Source: Octopus bimaculoides (lineage: Eukaryota). Taken from it: 64,000 nucleotides of DNA. Position 1 is the stretch's first letter; the number at the start of each line of letters is the position of its first letter. Location of the stretch: the NCBI RefSeq assembly GCF_001194135.2, contig NC_068983.1, positions 28,374,249 to 28,438,248 of the forward strand. Direction: 5' to 3'. Made by a program: the position numbers and the translations under genes. This document shows positions 35,916-49,055 of this stretch, piece by piece. Below the pieces are notes generated by a model, which did no database searches, was not told the origin of the DNA, and worked only from the letters and a program-made list of their open reading frames with translations.

Positions 35916-38292
35916 TTTTACTCCATGAAATTAAATGCAAGCCACTGAAAGAGGTTCCTCCAGAGAATCCCAAAACTTCAGTTCTAATTTCTTCTCTTAC
36001 ATATGAACTTATCCTTCTTTATACATTAGGTTTGTATTGAATTGATAAAATAGGTTGTACTCTTTATTTTATTTACCAGTACCTACACTTATCTAGATTC
36101 TGACTTGAGTCAAGAAAAGAATAATTGTACCATCTCTTCACTTCTATAAAGAGTAAATACAATTCCTTTTAATCTAAAATTCTATTTCGCTAATCAAAAA
36201 ATATATATTCAGTAGTTGGAAGAAATTATATAGTGTGAAACAAAATGCAATTAATATTTCTTTTTTAATCCTTTGCTATTGAATTCACTTATTGAGTCTG
36301 ATTACTGAATCTTTTGAAATTAATTTATGTTCCTGTGAATAAATACTTTCAGTGAAATTAATATTTTTTTAATTATAATTTTTGATATATTTTACAGTAT
36401 CCAAGTGAATATAACTAATTTAGCTTTGAATAATTTAGCTTTTTAAATTTAGAGTCTTAGTTACATTTGGAGAATAGCTCCAAACCTATTTTAGACAGTT
36501 TCTACTTTGTTTTGTAAAGCATATTGATAAAGAATACTAAAATGAGAATTCTCTATAGTTTGTGGCATTTGCATAATATAAAAACGAAGACAAATGAGAA
36601 CAGATGAATGGGAAAAATATCTAGTATTTTATAAAAGACATTGAAACATGCAATTTAACGAATGTAATGTCTTTGAAGTAATTCCTTGAGAGCATCTAAA
36701 CAATTTGAAGATAAAAAATTGTAATAGAAAGTATAGGGTTAAAACGACCCTGTAGTGTTGCCCTACTGAGAACATGATGATATCTGTAATGTTGGTGACA
36801 TGATAAAATATGCCCGCTACCCTCTGTAAAGTGGTCAGTGATAAATAGATAAATGGAAGCTAAGGACCCCTATCTTTCCGGCTGAGAAATACTTTTGGCT
36901 CAGTCTTGATAAATATCAGGTCCAACAAATTTTATTGGTTAATATAAAGTTACAGATAGATAAAAAATAAGAACAAGTCAAGAACTGCGGTTGATTAAAT
37001 AGACTTTACCCTTCTCCTAATATATTCTTATAAAGCATCATAGAAGGAAATGGATTCAAAATAGAAGACAGTATCCTACCACTAAACTTAAGGCCCAGTG
37101 CTTATATTAAATAAAATCAATACACATTTGGACATTTTCCATCTGTTGGACATTTTCCATGTTAGAGTTTAACTATTCCACTGCAGTTGATACAGCACAG
37201 TAAGTATATTACACAAAACGCACCACTAGATGAAATTTATTGTTTTTTTAACATGAGCTCAAATTTATTCGTCAGCATCACCTCAGATATTCAGATATAC
37301 ATCATTTGCTTTAATAGGATATTTTCCTGTGTTAGTCAGCTCTTGTATGTTATAAGTTCACTGAAATGAACATCCAAAGGCTAAAATTTGATGCTTTCAG
37401 GTTTTATGAAGAAAATTATCATGTGAAAAAAATAAATATCTGACCTCAGACTAAATTAATGCCAAGACCACACAAACAAGCACGCTTTTATGCAATCATA
37501 TATCTGACCTTTGAGTAACACTGATGCTAAGACAAGTATGCCTTTATGCAATCACTTGACCTGCTTGATATAGCAACCAAATCTTCATCAAATCGCCCCA
37601 TCCCCATCACACTATCTTAAGAGTAGAACACATCGTTCTTGATAACAAAAAAAGAGAGAATGATCACAACAAAACTGCCTTTGGTCATAGGTTTATTCAA
37701 TCAGGGCAGACATGGAGCAAAAACAACAGCTAATTCTGAGAGCAACAATGTATTTCATCCAAAGCAGTTCTCCATATGCCTAGAATACAAATATAGTATC
37801 ATTGATTAAGTTATATGAATACCTTAATTATTATCTATTTAACCAAGTAGAGCTAACGATAACATGACATTTATGTATTCATGTTATCAAATGAGAGATA
37901 CAATCTTAATTTCAATTTGAGTAATTTCTAATTTAAATTTGAGTGGAGTTGCTATAGTTATTAAATGCTAATTATTTCACATTACTACATCTAATATATA
38001 TCTTTGAGTAAAATTTACCAAATGAGATATTTAGTCTTTTACTTATCAACTTAATAATATGCAATCATTCAAGGGCAATGTGGAGAGAAAGAATTGGTTG
38101 ACTGTTGATTTGAATGTCTTGTAGTATTTAATCTCCAAAATAACTGTTTTATCTTTCATTATTCCAAAGTTGTTAAGATATGTACCAGTCACATATCCTA
38201 GAAGTAACTGTTGATTTAATTGGCTCCTCCCAACTTACAAATTTATTGTAGCTTTTATTTATGCTAGAAATAAATATTCTGTAAACATATTA

Positions 38293-38476
38293 TAGGTGCA
38301 AGCATGGCTGTGTGGTAAGAAGCTTGCTTCCCAACCACATCGTTCTGGTTTCAGTCCCACTGCATGGTACCTTGGGTAAGTGTCTTCTACTATAGCCTCA
38401 GCAGGCCAACCAAAGCCTTGTGAGTGGATTTGGTAGATGGAAACTGAGAGAAACCTATCGTGTGTGTGTGTGTGTG

Positions 38477-38537
<61 letters not shown>

Positions 38538-38755
38538 ACACGCATGCATCAGTGTTTGCCTCCCACCACTGTTTGATAACTGGTGTTATTGTGTTTATGT
38601 CACTATAACCTAGTGGTTTGACAAAAGAGATCAAGAGAATAAATACCAGGCCTAAAAAATAAAAGTACTGGAGTCAGTTCATTTGACTAAAATTCTTCAA
38701 GGCGGTACCCCAGCATGGCCACAGTCTAATCACTAAAATAAGTAAAATAATAAGA
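38293..38755 (+). mobile_element. SINE family A with expanded internal (TG)n
   Basis: Head ggtgcaagcatggctgtgtggtaagaagc, (TG)n at ~38460-38536, tail module to aagtaaaataa. Confidence 0.88.
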
Positions 38756-39289
38756 ATACTAGTAAATGAAATACTTGGTTTCAGATTCTTTCTGTAACTT
38801 ACAGTAAGAATTTACAAAGATTCCAAACATCCATTTAGTACCATGTAATTAACGATTTAGTTTCACCATCTGTACATTTGTGTCTTTATTCAATAACACA
38901 ATGAAGAACAAACAAAGGAACTCTCAGATAGTGTTTTATGATCCCCTTTGTTATTATCTGAGATGAACTTTCAGAAAATGTTCTACAAGAAGCTGTCATT
39001 TTGTTTCCACTTTTAAGAAAATTTATGAGTCAAATGTTCAAAATTTCTGATATACTAACAGCTTCCAAAAAATGTAAAATTTCATGGAAAGCATTGTCAA
39101 AGGCATTTCGTAAAATATAGGTATCTGTGGCAAACCCTTTTTTATAATAGAGGAGATGGCAAAGGTCCAAAATATCTGATACCTTGCTGCACTCAAGAAA
39201 ACCCATCCTCCATGGCAGAAATGTGAATGCCACTAGCCCTGCTAAGCCCTATACTGTTAATGCCACTCCCCCTGCAAGAGCCCTATACT

Positions 39290-39560
39290 GGTGCCTGTAA
39301 AAAAAGCACCTGTGCTAGCACCATGTAAAAAGCTCCTTTGTTGGTATCACGTAATAACACCTGTGCTGGTGCCACATTAAAGCACCAATGCAGGTATCAC
39401 CTAAAAAATGCACCCAGCACACTCTGTAAAGTGGTTGGCATTAAGAACCAAGCCAAATCAGACTGGAACCTGGTGCAACTCTCCAGCTCTGGTCAAACTG
39501 TCCAATGCATGCCAGCATGGAAAATGGACATTAAATGATGATAATGATCATGGTCATGAT
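39290..39560 (+). mobile_element. Family E element, diverged, ending in (GAT)n
   Basis: Subrepeats ctgtgctggtgccac..aaagcacc, then gtggttggcattaag and atgccagcatggaaaatggacattaaatgatgat. Confidence 0.65.
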
Positions 39561-40970
39561 GTTTAGTGCTTACTAAATAATATAAGTTGTTTTTTTAATT
39601 TTTTTAATTTTAGTAAATGAAATTAAGTACCAGTAAAGTATTGGGGACCAACTTAATTGACTACATCCTTCTCTTTAGATAGCTTCTTCTATATACTACA
39701 TATAGTATCAAACACTCACTGGAGAAATTTGCTTTGCTGAACATTGTTGGAATAGTAAGGAGGAGCTGGTTAGTGATACCCAAACATAGACACCTTGACA
39801 GAGCCTAAACCATATTGATCACTTTGCAAGGACATATATCAGTTAGTTGAGAAATGACATTGGACGTCATCAATAAAGTACTGTTATGTATATCAAGGAA
39901 GACAGAAATAGGTGGTGGATCAGGGCCGTGTGAATGTCAGCAAGCTAGCACTGCCCACCAATGACATTTATGATTACGACGATGACGATGATGATGACGA
40001 TGACGAGGAAGGTACCTCCACTTAAATTTATGGTTATGTACCACTTTTGCTGAAGTAGTTCTTTTTTTTTTTTTTGTGTGTGGTTTCATTCATCCTGTAT
40101 GTAAACTGTACTGTATATTGCCATAGATTTTCCTACCACTAGATTTTGTATCATCTTCTTCAATGTATTCCTGTAATAGACATATATATGTTTATTCTAC
40201 AACTAATATACTTGATTGTTGTAATGATTGATTATTTTGACATATTCCAGTGTCTTAGAGTATCTAACATTCGGATAGTTATGAGTTGTTTTAGAACATT
40301 AATAAAGCTGAACTTTTATGACTACAGAAAGGGAGCTGCTGAGAGATGGAAGTCATGGGGTTCTGAAGTAGACTTTGCCTCAAGATTATTTATTGAATCA
40401 GCTGCCTCACATTCTATATATAACAGAAACAACATTGAAAATTATACATGACATAAACTTTGAAAGCTGTACATATATCCCCTAAACAAAATATAAGATG
40501 TTTTTCTGAATCCAATAGAGTTTAAAAGATATATCACTATCTAAAAATACATAGTAGTTCAGAAATGGTTACATGGTTGAGAAGTTTGCTTTAGAATCGT
40601 GTGATTTAGGATTTGAGTGTTCCCATTCATAGCACTAATATATATTAGCGACAGAGGCTGTATTATTACCTAGAGGTAGTATTTACTTTCACTATAGGTA
40701 GAGGGGCACCAAAAGGGGTTTCAGGGAGTAGCATCTTTGCCTTCCTGAGTTAGCTTTTCACCACATTTCTTAAAAATCGTGGTAGAGGCCTTGGCCTCAA
40801 GACCACTCATGTCTAGAAATTGAGATTGAGGGTAAGCAAGGGCATGCTCCTCATAGACGGGGTAGCCTACACCTGCCTACCTTGGTTGTTATAGCATTGA
40901 GGTAGATCTCGCCACCCCCGTTAACAGGGACAAAACCCAGATTTAAAACACTGGAAGCACACACACACAC

Positions 40971-41155
40971 ACATTTAAATGTGAATGTTCTATTGGAACA
41001 ACAGTAGATAACATGAGACAAACTCTCATATAGGCTTTTATTGAAGAATGCATGCTTGTTTGTTTATTCTGCACTAAAAGCCCATATGACTGGTTCCCTC
41101 ATGGGATCTACTGCAGTAAAGTTTGTGCTAACAGAACATTCATGTTTAAGTGGGA
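40971..41155. repeat. Imperfect ~185-bp palindrome (MITE-like), with a third arm copy at 41407-41520
   Basis: Inner stem tcatataggctttta (41026-41040) / taaaagcccatatga (41075-41089), 14/15. The outer arms also pair (atctactg, agaacattca, tttaa). Confidence 0.75.
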
Positions 41156-43269
41156 ATAAATAATACTGCCCAGTATTAATATTGCCTCAGTTGCCAATAT
41201 ATATATTTTTAATTAGCTAACTAGTTAATCACAACCCCAGTGTCTGTTCAGGCATGGATTTTCTATATATCACTAGCAGAGAGATGGGTCGCTGCTATCT
41301 CTAGCAGTTGAGCATCCATCACCAATGAAATCAAGGAAGATCAAAATCACATGATCTGATGGTCTTGGTGCTGGAGTTGATGCGGATTTATCTTCCCACT
41401 GGTGATATAAACAAACAAGTGAGCTTTCTGCACCTAAAGCCTATATGAGAGTGTCTCTCATGGTATCTACTGCAGTATAGTTTGTTCTAACAGAACATCC
41501 ACAGTTAAGTGGGAACAAATACATAGAGCTGTCAACTGAGGTTTCTACGGTGGCTGCAATCTAATCAATACCTTGTGAATAAACTGGTAGATGAAAATTA
41601 TGAGAACCCCACTGTATATGCACGTGTTTCTGCATGTGTGTGTATGCATGTGTGAATGAAAGAGAGCAAGAAAAGGGAGAGAGTGTGTGATTGTCTTCCC
41701 CTTACTTTGACATTTGTATGTTGATCAAAAATAGTTGTTCATACAAATAGCATTGTTATTTGCAATTTTATCAGTGAAAACATGTCTGGCCATTGAGTTG
41801 TTCGTTGCTTAAAGAATTGTGAAAAAACAGTTGCTGGTTTGTAATGATGGGAGGACTATCTAGTTGCAATATATCTTAACAAGCTTTATCTGACTCTTGC
41901 AAACATTGACAAAGTGGGTGTTAAACAACAATGATGGTTGATAATGCTAGAAGTGATATTAGAGGTAATGGTGGCGTGACGATGATGATATACAACAACG
42001 ATGATGATGATGATAATGACAACTGATGATACTGACAATGATTTGGTCTAAATAGCTTTCTTCTGCCCAATCAATTCTCAATCAGGAGATAGGAAAAATG
42101 AAATGCTAAGATTTGGAAATCAGATCTTTTTCTGTATCATTCATCTCAACTTGTGAGATATATAAACACTACAAAGAATTAATAAAGAAATCTATCAATT
42201 TCAGTGTCTTAAATCCTATGTGGCAGTAAAGGAACTGTAAAGAGATCGTTTTGAAATCGACCGACAGAAAACTTCAAACCAGAATTTATAGAATGGATGT
42301 GCTGCCTGGAGCATGGACATCTGAAACTGTCACCAATTACTGACATTAACCAGTTTATAAATAGTGGAAGAAAGGAACAATTAGGATTAGGTCTGTTGTG
42401 GTGAGGATGGTGAGAAGAAGCAATATAAATAAACTCACTCAAAATAAAGAGCAAGAGTTAGAAACATTATGTTCTTCCCTCCTCGTGGCATATTTACTTA
42501 TAGAACTCTTCTACAAGCACTTCTATGGACAAATTGCTGCTGACTCAGGCCATCATTATTTCACCTAAATTCTGGACTTCACGCAATTAATAATGAACAT
42601 AGTCTTCATATCAGAATAAAGAAGTGGGGGAGGTGAGGAGCAGGACTAATGTCCAAGGAAAATAATAATGGTTTGTTTTGAACGTTAGAATAGCTTTCAG
42701 TACAAGGAAGGATTTTTCTTTTTTTTTTTTTGTGTGTAAGAATTCTTGGTTCAATTCCAGTAAAGTTATTCCTAAAAGGGTTCCCAATCAGCAACAGCTA
42801 ATAACAGTAGAAGGAGGAAAGGAGTAAGAGCGATAGAAACAGCAAGACAACAACAAACCAACAGTCACCTACTTTGTTTTGTGACTTCTATCATCTATTC
42901 ATTGAATTGTCAGTGTGACATCACATATATCGGTTCTGCTAAGAAAAATCCTCTCCAGGTATTAAAACATGACTTCAAACAGAGCTTCCATGCCAACCAA
43001 GTGCATTCTTTTTCAAAGGAAATTTACTGAAAGTAAGCATCTGATACTACACTGACTGTCTAGATCCCAGCAGTTGTATTTCTTAAAGAAACAGGAAACA
43101 AACTTAAACAACAGAAAATACTGGATTCATAAAGATAAATGTTCACCTCAGTAGGTAAACTAGAATAAAAGACATTGTATCTAGATTCTGCTAATTAGCA
43201 AATAAAAACATTCTATCTAATGACAAAAATTCTATATAAACATCAATAGAAATTAAATATCGAATGTGT

Positions 43270-43412
43270 TTATCATCATCATCGTTCAACATCCGCCTTC
43301 CATGCTAGCATGGGCTGGACAATTTGACCGAGGACTGGTGAAACAAGATGGTTACATCAAGCTCCAATCTGATTTGGCAGAGTTTCTACAGCTGGATGCC
43401 CTTCCTAATGCC
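43270..43412 (-). mobile_element. Family E tail fragment
   Basis: atcatcatc..aacatccgccttccatgctagcatggg..tttctacagctggatgcccttcctaatgcca. Confidence 0.8.
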
Positions 43413-43489
43413 ATATAGTGTAACAAATCTTTTATTAGTTATCTGCCCTTATATTGCTTGTTTTATACTTTAGCTTGCAATGGAGAAAA

Positions 43490-43745
43490 GTGGAAGCACG
43501 TGGCTCAGTGGTTAGGGTGTCAGCATCATGATCGTAAGATTGTGGTTTCGATCCCTGGACCAGGCGACGCATTGTGTTCTTGAGCAAAACACTCCATTTC
43601 ACATTGCTCCAGTCCACTCAGCTGACAAAAATGAGTAACGCTGCGATGGGCTGGCGTCCTGTCCAGCTGGGGAATACAAAGCCATCGAAACTGGGAAACT
43701 GGGCGCATGAGCCTGGCTAGGCTTTAAAAGGGCGCATTTATTATT
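43490..43745 (+). mobile_element. SINE family C, complete
   Basis: tRNA-like head gtggctcagtggttagggtgtcagc-atcatga..gtggtttcgatccc (A and B boxes), core ctccagtccactcagctgacaaaaatgagt, tail ggctaggctttaaaagggcgcatttatt. Confidence 0.9.
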
Positions 43746-44715
43746 ATTATTACTATTGCAATGGAGAAAGAACAAATCCTTATAGTCTGTGGATATCCTC
43801 TAAAACCATTGAGATTGAAACTGTTGTCTGGTGTGCTGTTGTAAAGATTTGGGCCAGATATCCAGTCTAAGGATTACTTCCTCTCTTCCTCTTACCAACC
43901 CTAGATGTCCTGAAAAGGGACATGGATGCCATTCTTTTTCTTCTGGCTAAACCATTGAAAAAACATCTGAGGTTTCAATTTCTGGACTAGACATTTTGAA
44001 AAAGCCACCAGTTTACTCAGCTGAAAATGAGTAACAACCAAATGTTGATGCAACTCTCTTTCTTGCTCACAGAACATCCAAGGGATGTTCTACCAGGTCA
44101 AGAGTTAGAGAGCTAAGAGGGTGTTCATGGGTGCTCTTAACTGTATAGGTACCTAAAACAGTTAACAAAAGCAGGGCACATATTATCTAGATAAAACTTA
44201 CTTGAAAAAGGATGCGTGGCGTTCGATCATATAATAATATAAATAATATATAAATATATGTATATATCCATACATATAAGTACATACCTACGTCTAGATG
44301 TATACATACATGCATATATGGGTACAGGACATCAAAAAAACGTTAAACACAATGAGAAACGGAAACATAGAAAACGAACTTTTTTCGAACAACGAAAAAA
44401 ACAGAGAAATGAGACATGCAACATAAAGAGTATACCACTTCATCAATTGTTCCTATTTCATCTACTCTGCGTTTGGAAGGCATACTTGTTTTGAAAATGA
44501 TAGCTATGGGATACACATATTTTAGAACATGACATATTAGGTACAAGAGAAAATCCTAAAATGGAATATTTTGAAATGTAAGGAAGCCATGAGACCAAAT
44601 GACATGTCAATGATTTATGTGCTTAAAGAAGTAACACTAGCAATACATTGATGAATACAGCAATGGCATTGAGGTTATTTACAATTAATACTGAATGGTA
44701 GTAATTATAACCATG

Positions 44716-44932
44716 ATAATACTTTCTACTGTAGGCACAAGGCCTGAAATTTTGGGGGAGGGGGTAAGTTAATCACATCGACCCCAGTACTTGACTGGTA
44801 CTTAATTTATCAACCCTAAAAAGATGAACAGCAAAGTCATCCTCGGCAGGATTTGAACTCAGAATGTAGCAATGAGCAAAATATCACTAAGCATTTCATC
44901 TAGCATGCTAACGATTCTGCTAGCTTACTGCC

Positions 44933-44934
<2 letters not shown>
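44716..44934 (-). mobile_element. SINE family B, complete; head abuts (ATT)n
   Basis: Minus strand aaggcagtaagctagcagaatcgttagc..ttctgagttcaaatcctgccgagg..ggccttgtgcctacagtagaaagtattatc. Confidence 0.88.
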
Positions 44935-45003
<69 letters not shown>

Positions 45004-45008
<5 letters not shown>

Positions 45009-45799
45009 CTGATAAAAACTGGTGGGAACACAAACCACCCCCAGNNNNNNNNNNNNNNNNNNNNNNNNNNNNNNNNNNNNNNNNNNNNNNNNNNNNNNNN
45101 NNNNNNNNNNNNNNNNNNNNNNNNNNNNNNNNNNNNNNNNNNNNNNNNNNNNNNNNNNNNNNNNNNNNNNNNNNNNNNNNNNNNNNNNNNNNNNNNNNNN
45201 NNNNNNNNNNNNNNNNNNNNNNNNNNNNNNNNNNNNNNNNNNNNNNNNNNNNNNNNNNNNNNNNNNNNNNNNNNNNNNNNNNNNNNNNNNNNNNNNNNNN
45301 NNNNNNNNNNNNNNNNNNNNNNNNNNNNNNNNNNNNNNNNNNNNNNNNNNNNNNNNNNNNNNNNNNNNNNNNNNNNNNNNNNNNNNNNNNNNNNNNNNNN
45401 NNNNNNNNNNNNNNNNNNNNNNNNNNNNNNNNNNNNNNNNNNNNNNNNNNNNNNNNNNNNNNNNNNNNNNNNNNNNNNNNNNNNNNNNNNNNNNNNNNNN
45501 NNNNNNNNNNNNNNNNNNNNNNNNNNNNNNNNNNNNNNNNNNNNNNNNNNNNNNNNNNNNNNNNNNNNNNNNNNNNNNNNNNNNNNNNNNNNNNNNNNNN
45601 NNNNNNNNNNNNNNNNNNNNNNNNNNNNNNNNNNNNNNNNNNNNNNNNNNNNNNNNNNNNNNNNNNNNNNNNNNNNNNNNNNNNNNNNNNNGTACCCTAG
45701 GCATAACACCTACATGAACTTCTAACTTGTTGTCTCTTGAGGTCTCTGGGTGAGACTTGGATCCAACTTGTACAAATGCAAAACAAAAGTCAAACATAA

Positions 45800-45800
<1 letters not shown>
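45004..45800 (+). mobile_element. 5'-truncated R4/Dong-clade copy (second family) between (TAA)n tracts
   Basis: Starts KTDKNWWEHKPP (RLE-domain-like W.EH.P). The 3' UTR 45692-45800 matches the reverse of 56161-56270 with two mismatches. (AAT)n at 44935-45003 and 45801-45832; gap 45045-45691. Confidence 0.75.
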
Positions 45801-45834
<34 letters not shown>

Positions 45835-45989
45835 TTGTTATGGCTATTTTCCAGAATACAAGAGAAAGGTGCTTTGTTAAGATTTTTAATCAAACACTTC
45901 ACATATATTGCTGATTGACAATCAATGCACTTTAATCATCATTACACTTTAATCATCAATGCATTTTAATCTTTGGCCCAGAGTCATAT

Positions 45990-46200
45990 TGCCTGTTCTC
46001 TACGTCTTTGCAAGGGTTATTACAATGGCCCCTGCTCCTCAGAAATAGATAACTGCATATCAGCTCTATCCAAGCTCACTTGTCATACCACCTCATGCCC
46101 TGGTACTTCTGGCTCTGTACTAACCACTTGATTGGTCCTTTTATTCAGAATCAACTACTGGAATTCTTTTCCTGACCATCTTTTTTTCCATAGATTTTTT
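45990..46200 (+). mobile_element. Possible CR1/L2/Jockey-group LINE 3' fragment
   Basis: CKGYYNGPCSSEIDNCI..CHTT and a downstream NSF(F)P-like segment resemble the YxYYxGxCSxEL..SFFPRT C-terminus; degraded. Confidence 0.4.
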
Positions 46201-46313
46201 TTATGCTGAGCATCAGCAACAACAGTCTCACAAATATTAGAAGATTCGTGAAGGTCACATGTGCACTATCTTTCTCCCAAATGACCAACCCAAAATAAAC
46301 AAACAAATAAGTA

Positions 46314-47635
46314 AAGGCGAAGGAGTTACTGTGTGGTAAGTAGCTTGCTTACCAACCACATGACTCTGGGTTCAGTCCCACTGCATGGCATCTTGGGTAA
46401 GTGTCTTCTACTATTGCCTCAGGCTGACCAAAGCCTTGTGAGTGGATTTGGTAGACGGAAACTGAAAGAAGCCCATCGTATATATGTATATATATNNNNN
46501 NNNNNNNNNNNNNNNNNNNNNNNNNNNNNNNNNNNNNNNNNNNNNNNNNNNNNNNNNNNNNNNNNNNNNNNNNNNNNNNNNNNNNNNNNNNNNNNNNNNN
46601 NNNNNNNNNNNNNNNNNNNNNNNNNNNNNNNNNNNNNNNNNNNNNNNNNNNNNNNNNNNNNNNNNNNNNNNNNNNNNNNNNNNNNNNNNNNNNNNNNNNN
46701 NNNNNNNNNNNNNNNNNNNNNNNNNNNNNNNNNNNNNNNNNNNNNNNNNNNNNNNNNNNNNNNNNNNNNNNNNNNNNNNNNNNNNNNNNNNNNNNNNNNN
46801 NNNNNNNNNNNNNNNNNNNNNNNNNNNNNNNNNNNNNNNNNNNNNNNNNNNNNNNNNNNNNNNNNNNNNNNNNNNNNNNNNNNNNNNNNNNNNNNNNNNN
46901 NNNNNNNNNNNNNNNNNNNNNNNNNNNNNNNNNNNNNNNNNNNNNNNNNNNNNNNNNNNNNNNNNNNNNNNNNNNNNNNNNNNNNNNNNNNNNNNNNNNN
47001 NNNNNNNNNNNNNNNNNNNNNNNNNNNNNNNNNNNNNNNNNNNNNNNNNNNNNNNNNNNNNNNNNNNNNNNNNNNNNNNNNNNNNNNNNNNNNNNNNNNN
47101 NNNNNNNNNNNNNNNNNNNNNNNNNNNNNNNNNNNNNNNNNNNNNNNNNNNNNNNNNNNNNNNNNNNNNNNNNNNNNNNNNNNNNNNNNNNNNNNNNNNN
47201 NNNNNNNNNNNNNNNNNNNNNNNNNNNNNNNNNNNNNNNNNNNNNNNNNNNNNNNNNNNNNNNNNNNNNNNNNNNNNNNNNNNNNNNNNNNNNNNNNNNN
47301 NNNNNNNNNNNNNNNNNNNNNNNNNNNNNNNNNNNNNNNNNNNNNNNNNNNNNNNNNNNNNNNNNNNNNNNNNNNNNNNNNNNNNNNNNNNNNNNNNNNN
47401 NNNNNNNNNNNNNNNNNNNNNNNNNNNNNNNNNNNNNNNNNNNNNNNNNNNNNNNNNNNNNNNNNNNNNNNNNNNTAACGTCCCCGTAACTTAGCGGTTC
47501 GGCAAAAGTGACCAATGGAATAAGTACTAGGCTTACAAAGAATAAGTCCAGGTGTCCATTTGCTCTACTAAAGGTGGTGCTCCAGTATGGCCACAGTCAA
47601 ATGACTGAAACAAGTAAAAGAGTAAAAGAGTAAGT
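46314..47635 (+). mobile_element. SINE family A spanning a ~980-N gap
   Basis: Head before the gap and tail module after it (taacgtccccgtaacttagcgg..gtaaaagagtaaaagagta); one or two copies. Confidence 0.8.
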
Positions 47636-47959
47636 AAATAAATAAATAGAAAAGTGATTTCGAAAAGTTTATTTCATTTTGTTTTCATTATTCCTGAAGT
47701 TAAGCTTTTAAAGTCTCTGCTACTCTAAAGAAAGAGAAAAATCTTTCAAAGCTAAGCAAGTATTTCTACAGGTTGTGGCATGTTATATAAAAGCATAATT
47801 ACTTACTAGTGAAATTAAAATGACAATAAAACTTCATACCTATATTTGGAGTATATGCTCCTTAATTTCATTGTGTAGGGATTATATGTAATCTTTGCAT
47901 AAAATTCATCACTTTTAAATGAACAGAAAAAAGCCACAACTGTATTTCTCATATAATAA

Positions 47960-48212
47960 ATAAATGCGCCCTTTTAAAGCCTAGCCAGGCTCATGGGCCC
48001 GGTTTCCAAGTTTCAATGGCGTAAGTGTTACCAGCTGGACGGGACGCTAGTCCATCGCAGCATTACTCATTTTTGCCAGCTGAGTGGACTGGAGCAACGT
48101 GAAATGAAATGTTTTGCTCAAGAACACAACGCGGCGCCCAGTCCAGGAATTGAAACCACAATATTACGATCATGATGCTGACACCCTAACCACTAAGCCA
48201 CGCACCTCCACG
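47960..48212 (-). mobile_element. SINE family C, complete
   Basis: Reverse complement of 43490-43745 throughout. Confidence 0.9.
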
Positions 48213-49013
48213 TATATCTCATATACATCCTATATATCTTTTTGGACATCAACCGTCCTGAAACAAACTCTTTTAACACAAACCTTCTCATTTAAAGGTA
48301 TTCAAATTTAGATTAAAACTTCCATTTTAATTTTATCAAATAAGCCTTAATAATGAAAATACCAGCTATTTTACTCAATATTCCAAATTCTTGATTATTT
48401 TCAAAATTAATTAAAACACGTAGGCAGTGTATTTCATTAGAAATATGGTCACCAAAGGATTAAGTAGACACATTTAATTAGATATGATTCAATACTGTAT
48501 AATGAGAAAAATCTAGACTTAACTTTCAGACAAACATAAAGTTAATTATGTCATGATGAGGAAAAACTAATTATATCAATGTAAAACAAGAGATATTCGC
48601 AGGATATTATCATCAATTGATAATTAGCTTTTATATTGTTAAACAGATGAATATAAAGTTGCTTCATTGGACAGTTACCAGGTACAAATAGCAAGTAATT
48701 AAGAGATGCTGAACTAAGATTCCAGCATGTGAATGCTTGTGTAAAAACCTATCAAAGCTTCTGTGCCAGTAACTACTGCTTTGTAGAATTCCTTGCAAGC
48801 TATTGTCAACAACAATGACACAATCTTTGAACAAATCTGACAAGTTTGGTGCATCTCAAATCTAAAAGATTCCACCATATATTTCAGCTATATATATATA
48901 TATATATATATACTTTATTTAAAAGCAGCAGAAATATAACAGAAGACTGTTACTCTTCTTCTAGCAAAACGGATGTCCACTCAGTGGTCATCCATCTTAT
49001 ATGTATGTATGTA

Positions 49014-49055
<42 letters not shown>

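Noticed and set aside
39030-39233. Protein-like ORF on minus (and a ~50-codon open frame on plus)
   Set aside because: No recognisable domain, no convincing splice sites, and ORFs this short are expected by chance.
44196-44230. Minus-strand ATG ATC GAA CGC CAC GCA TCC TTT TTC AA|gtaagt, in phase to splice to the WW exon (MIERHASFFN)
   Set aside because: No WW motif and no evident promoter or acceptor, and it sits at the edge of a repeat-like block. Only junction reads could rescue it as an alternative first exon.
44440-44492. Minus-strand ccttccaaacgc...ttgatgaagtgg, resembling a permuted hammerhead
   Set aside because: Both core halves deviate (caaac, ttgatga) and there is no cleavage triplet or stem I.
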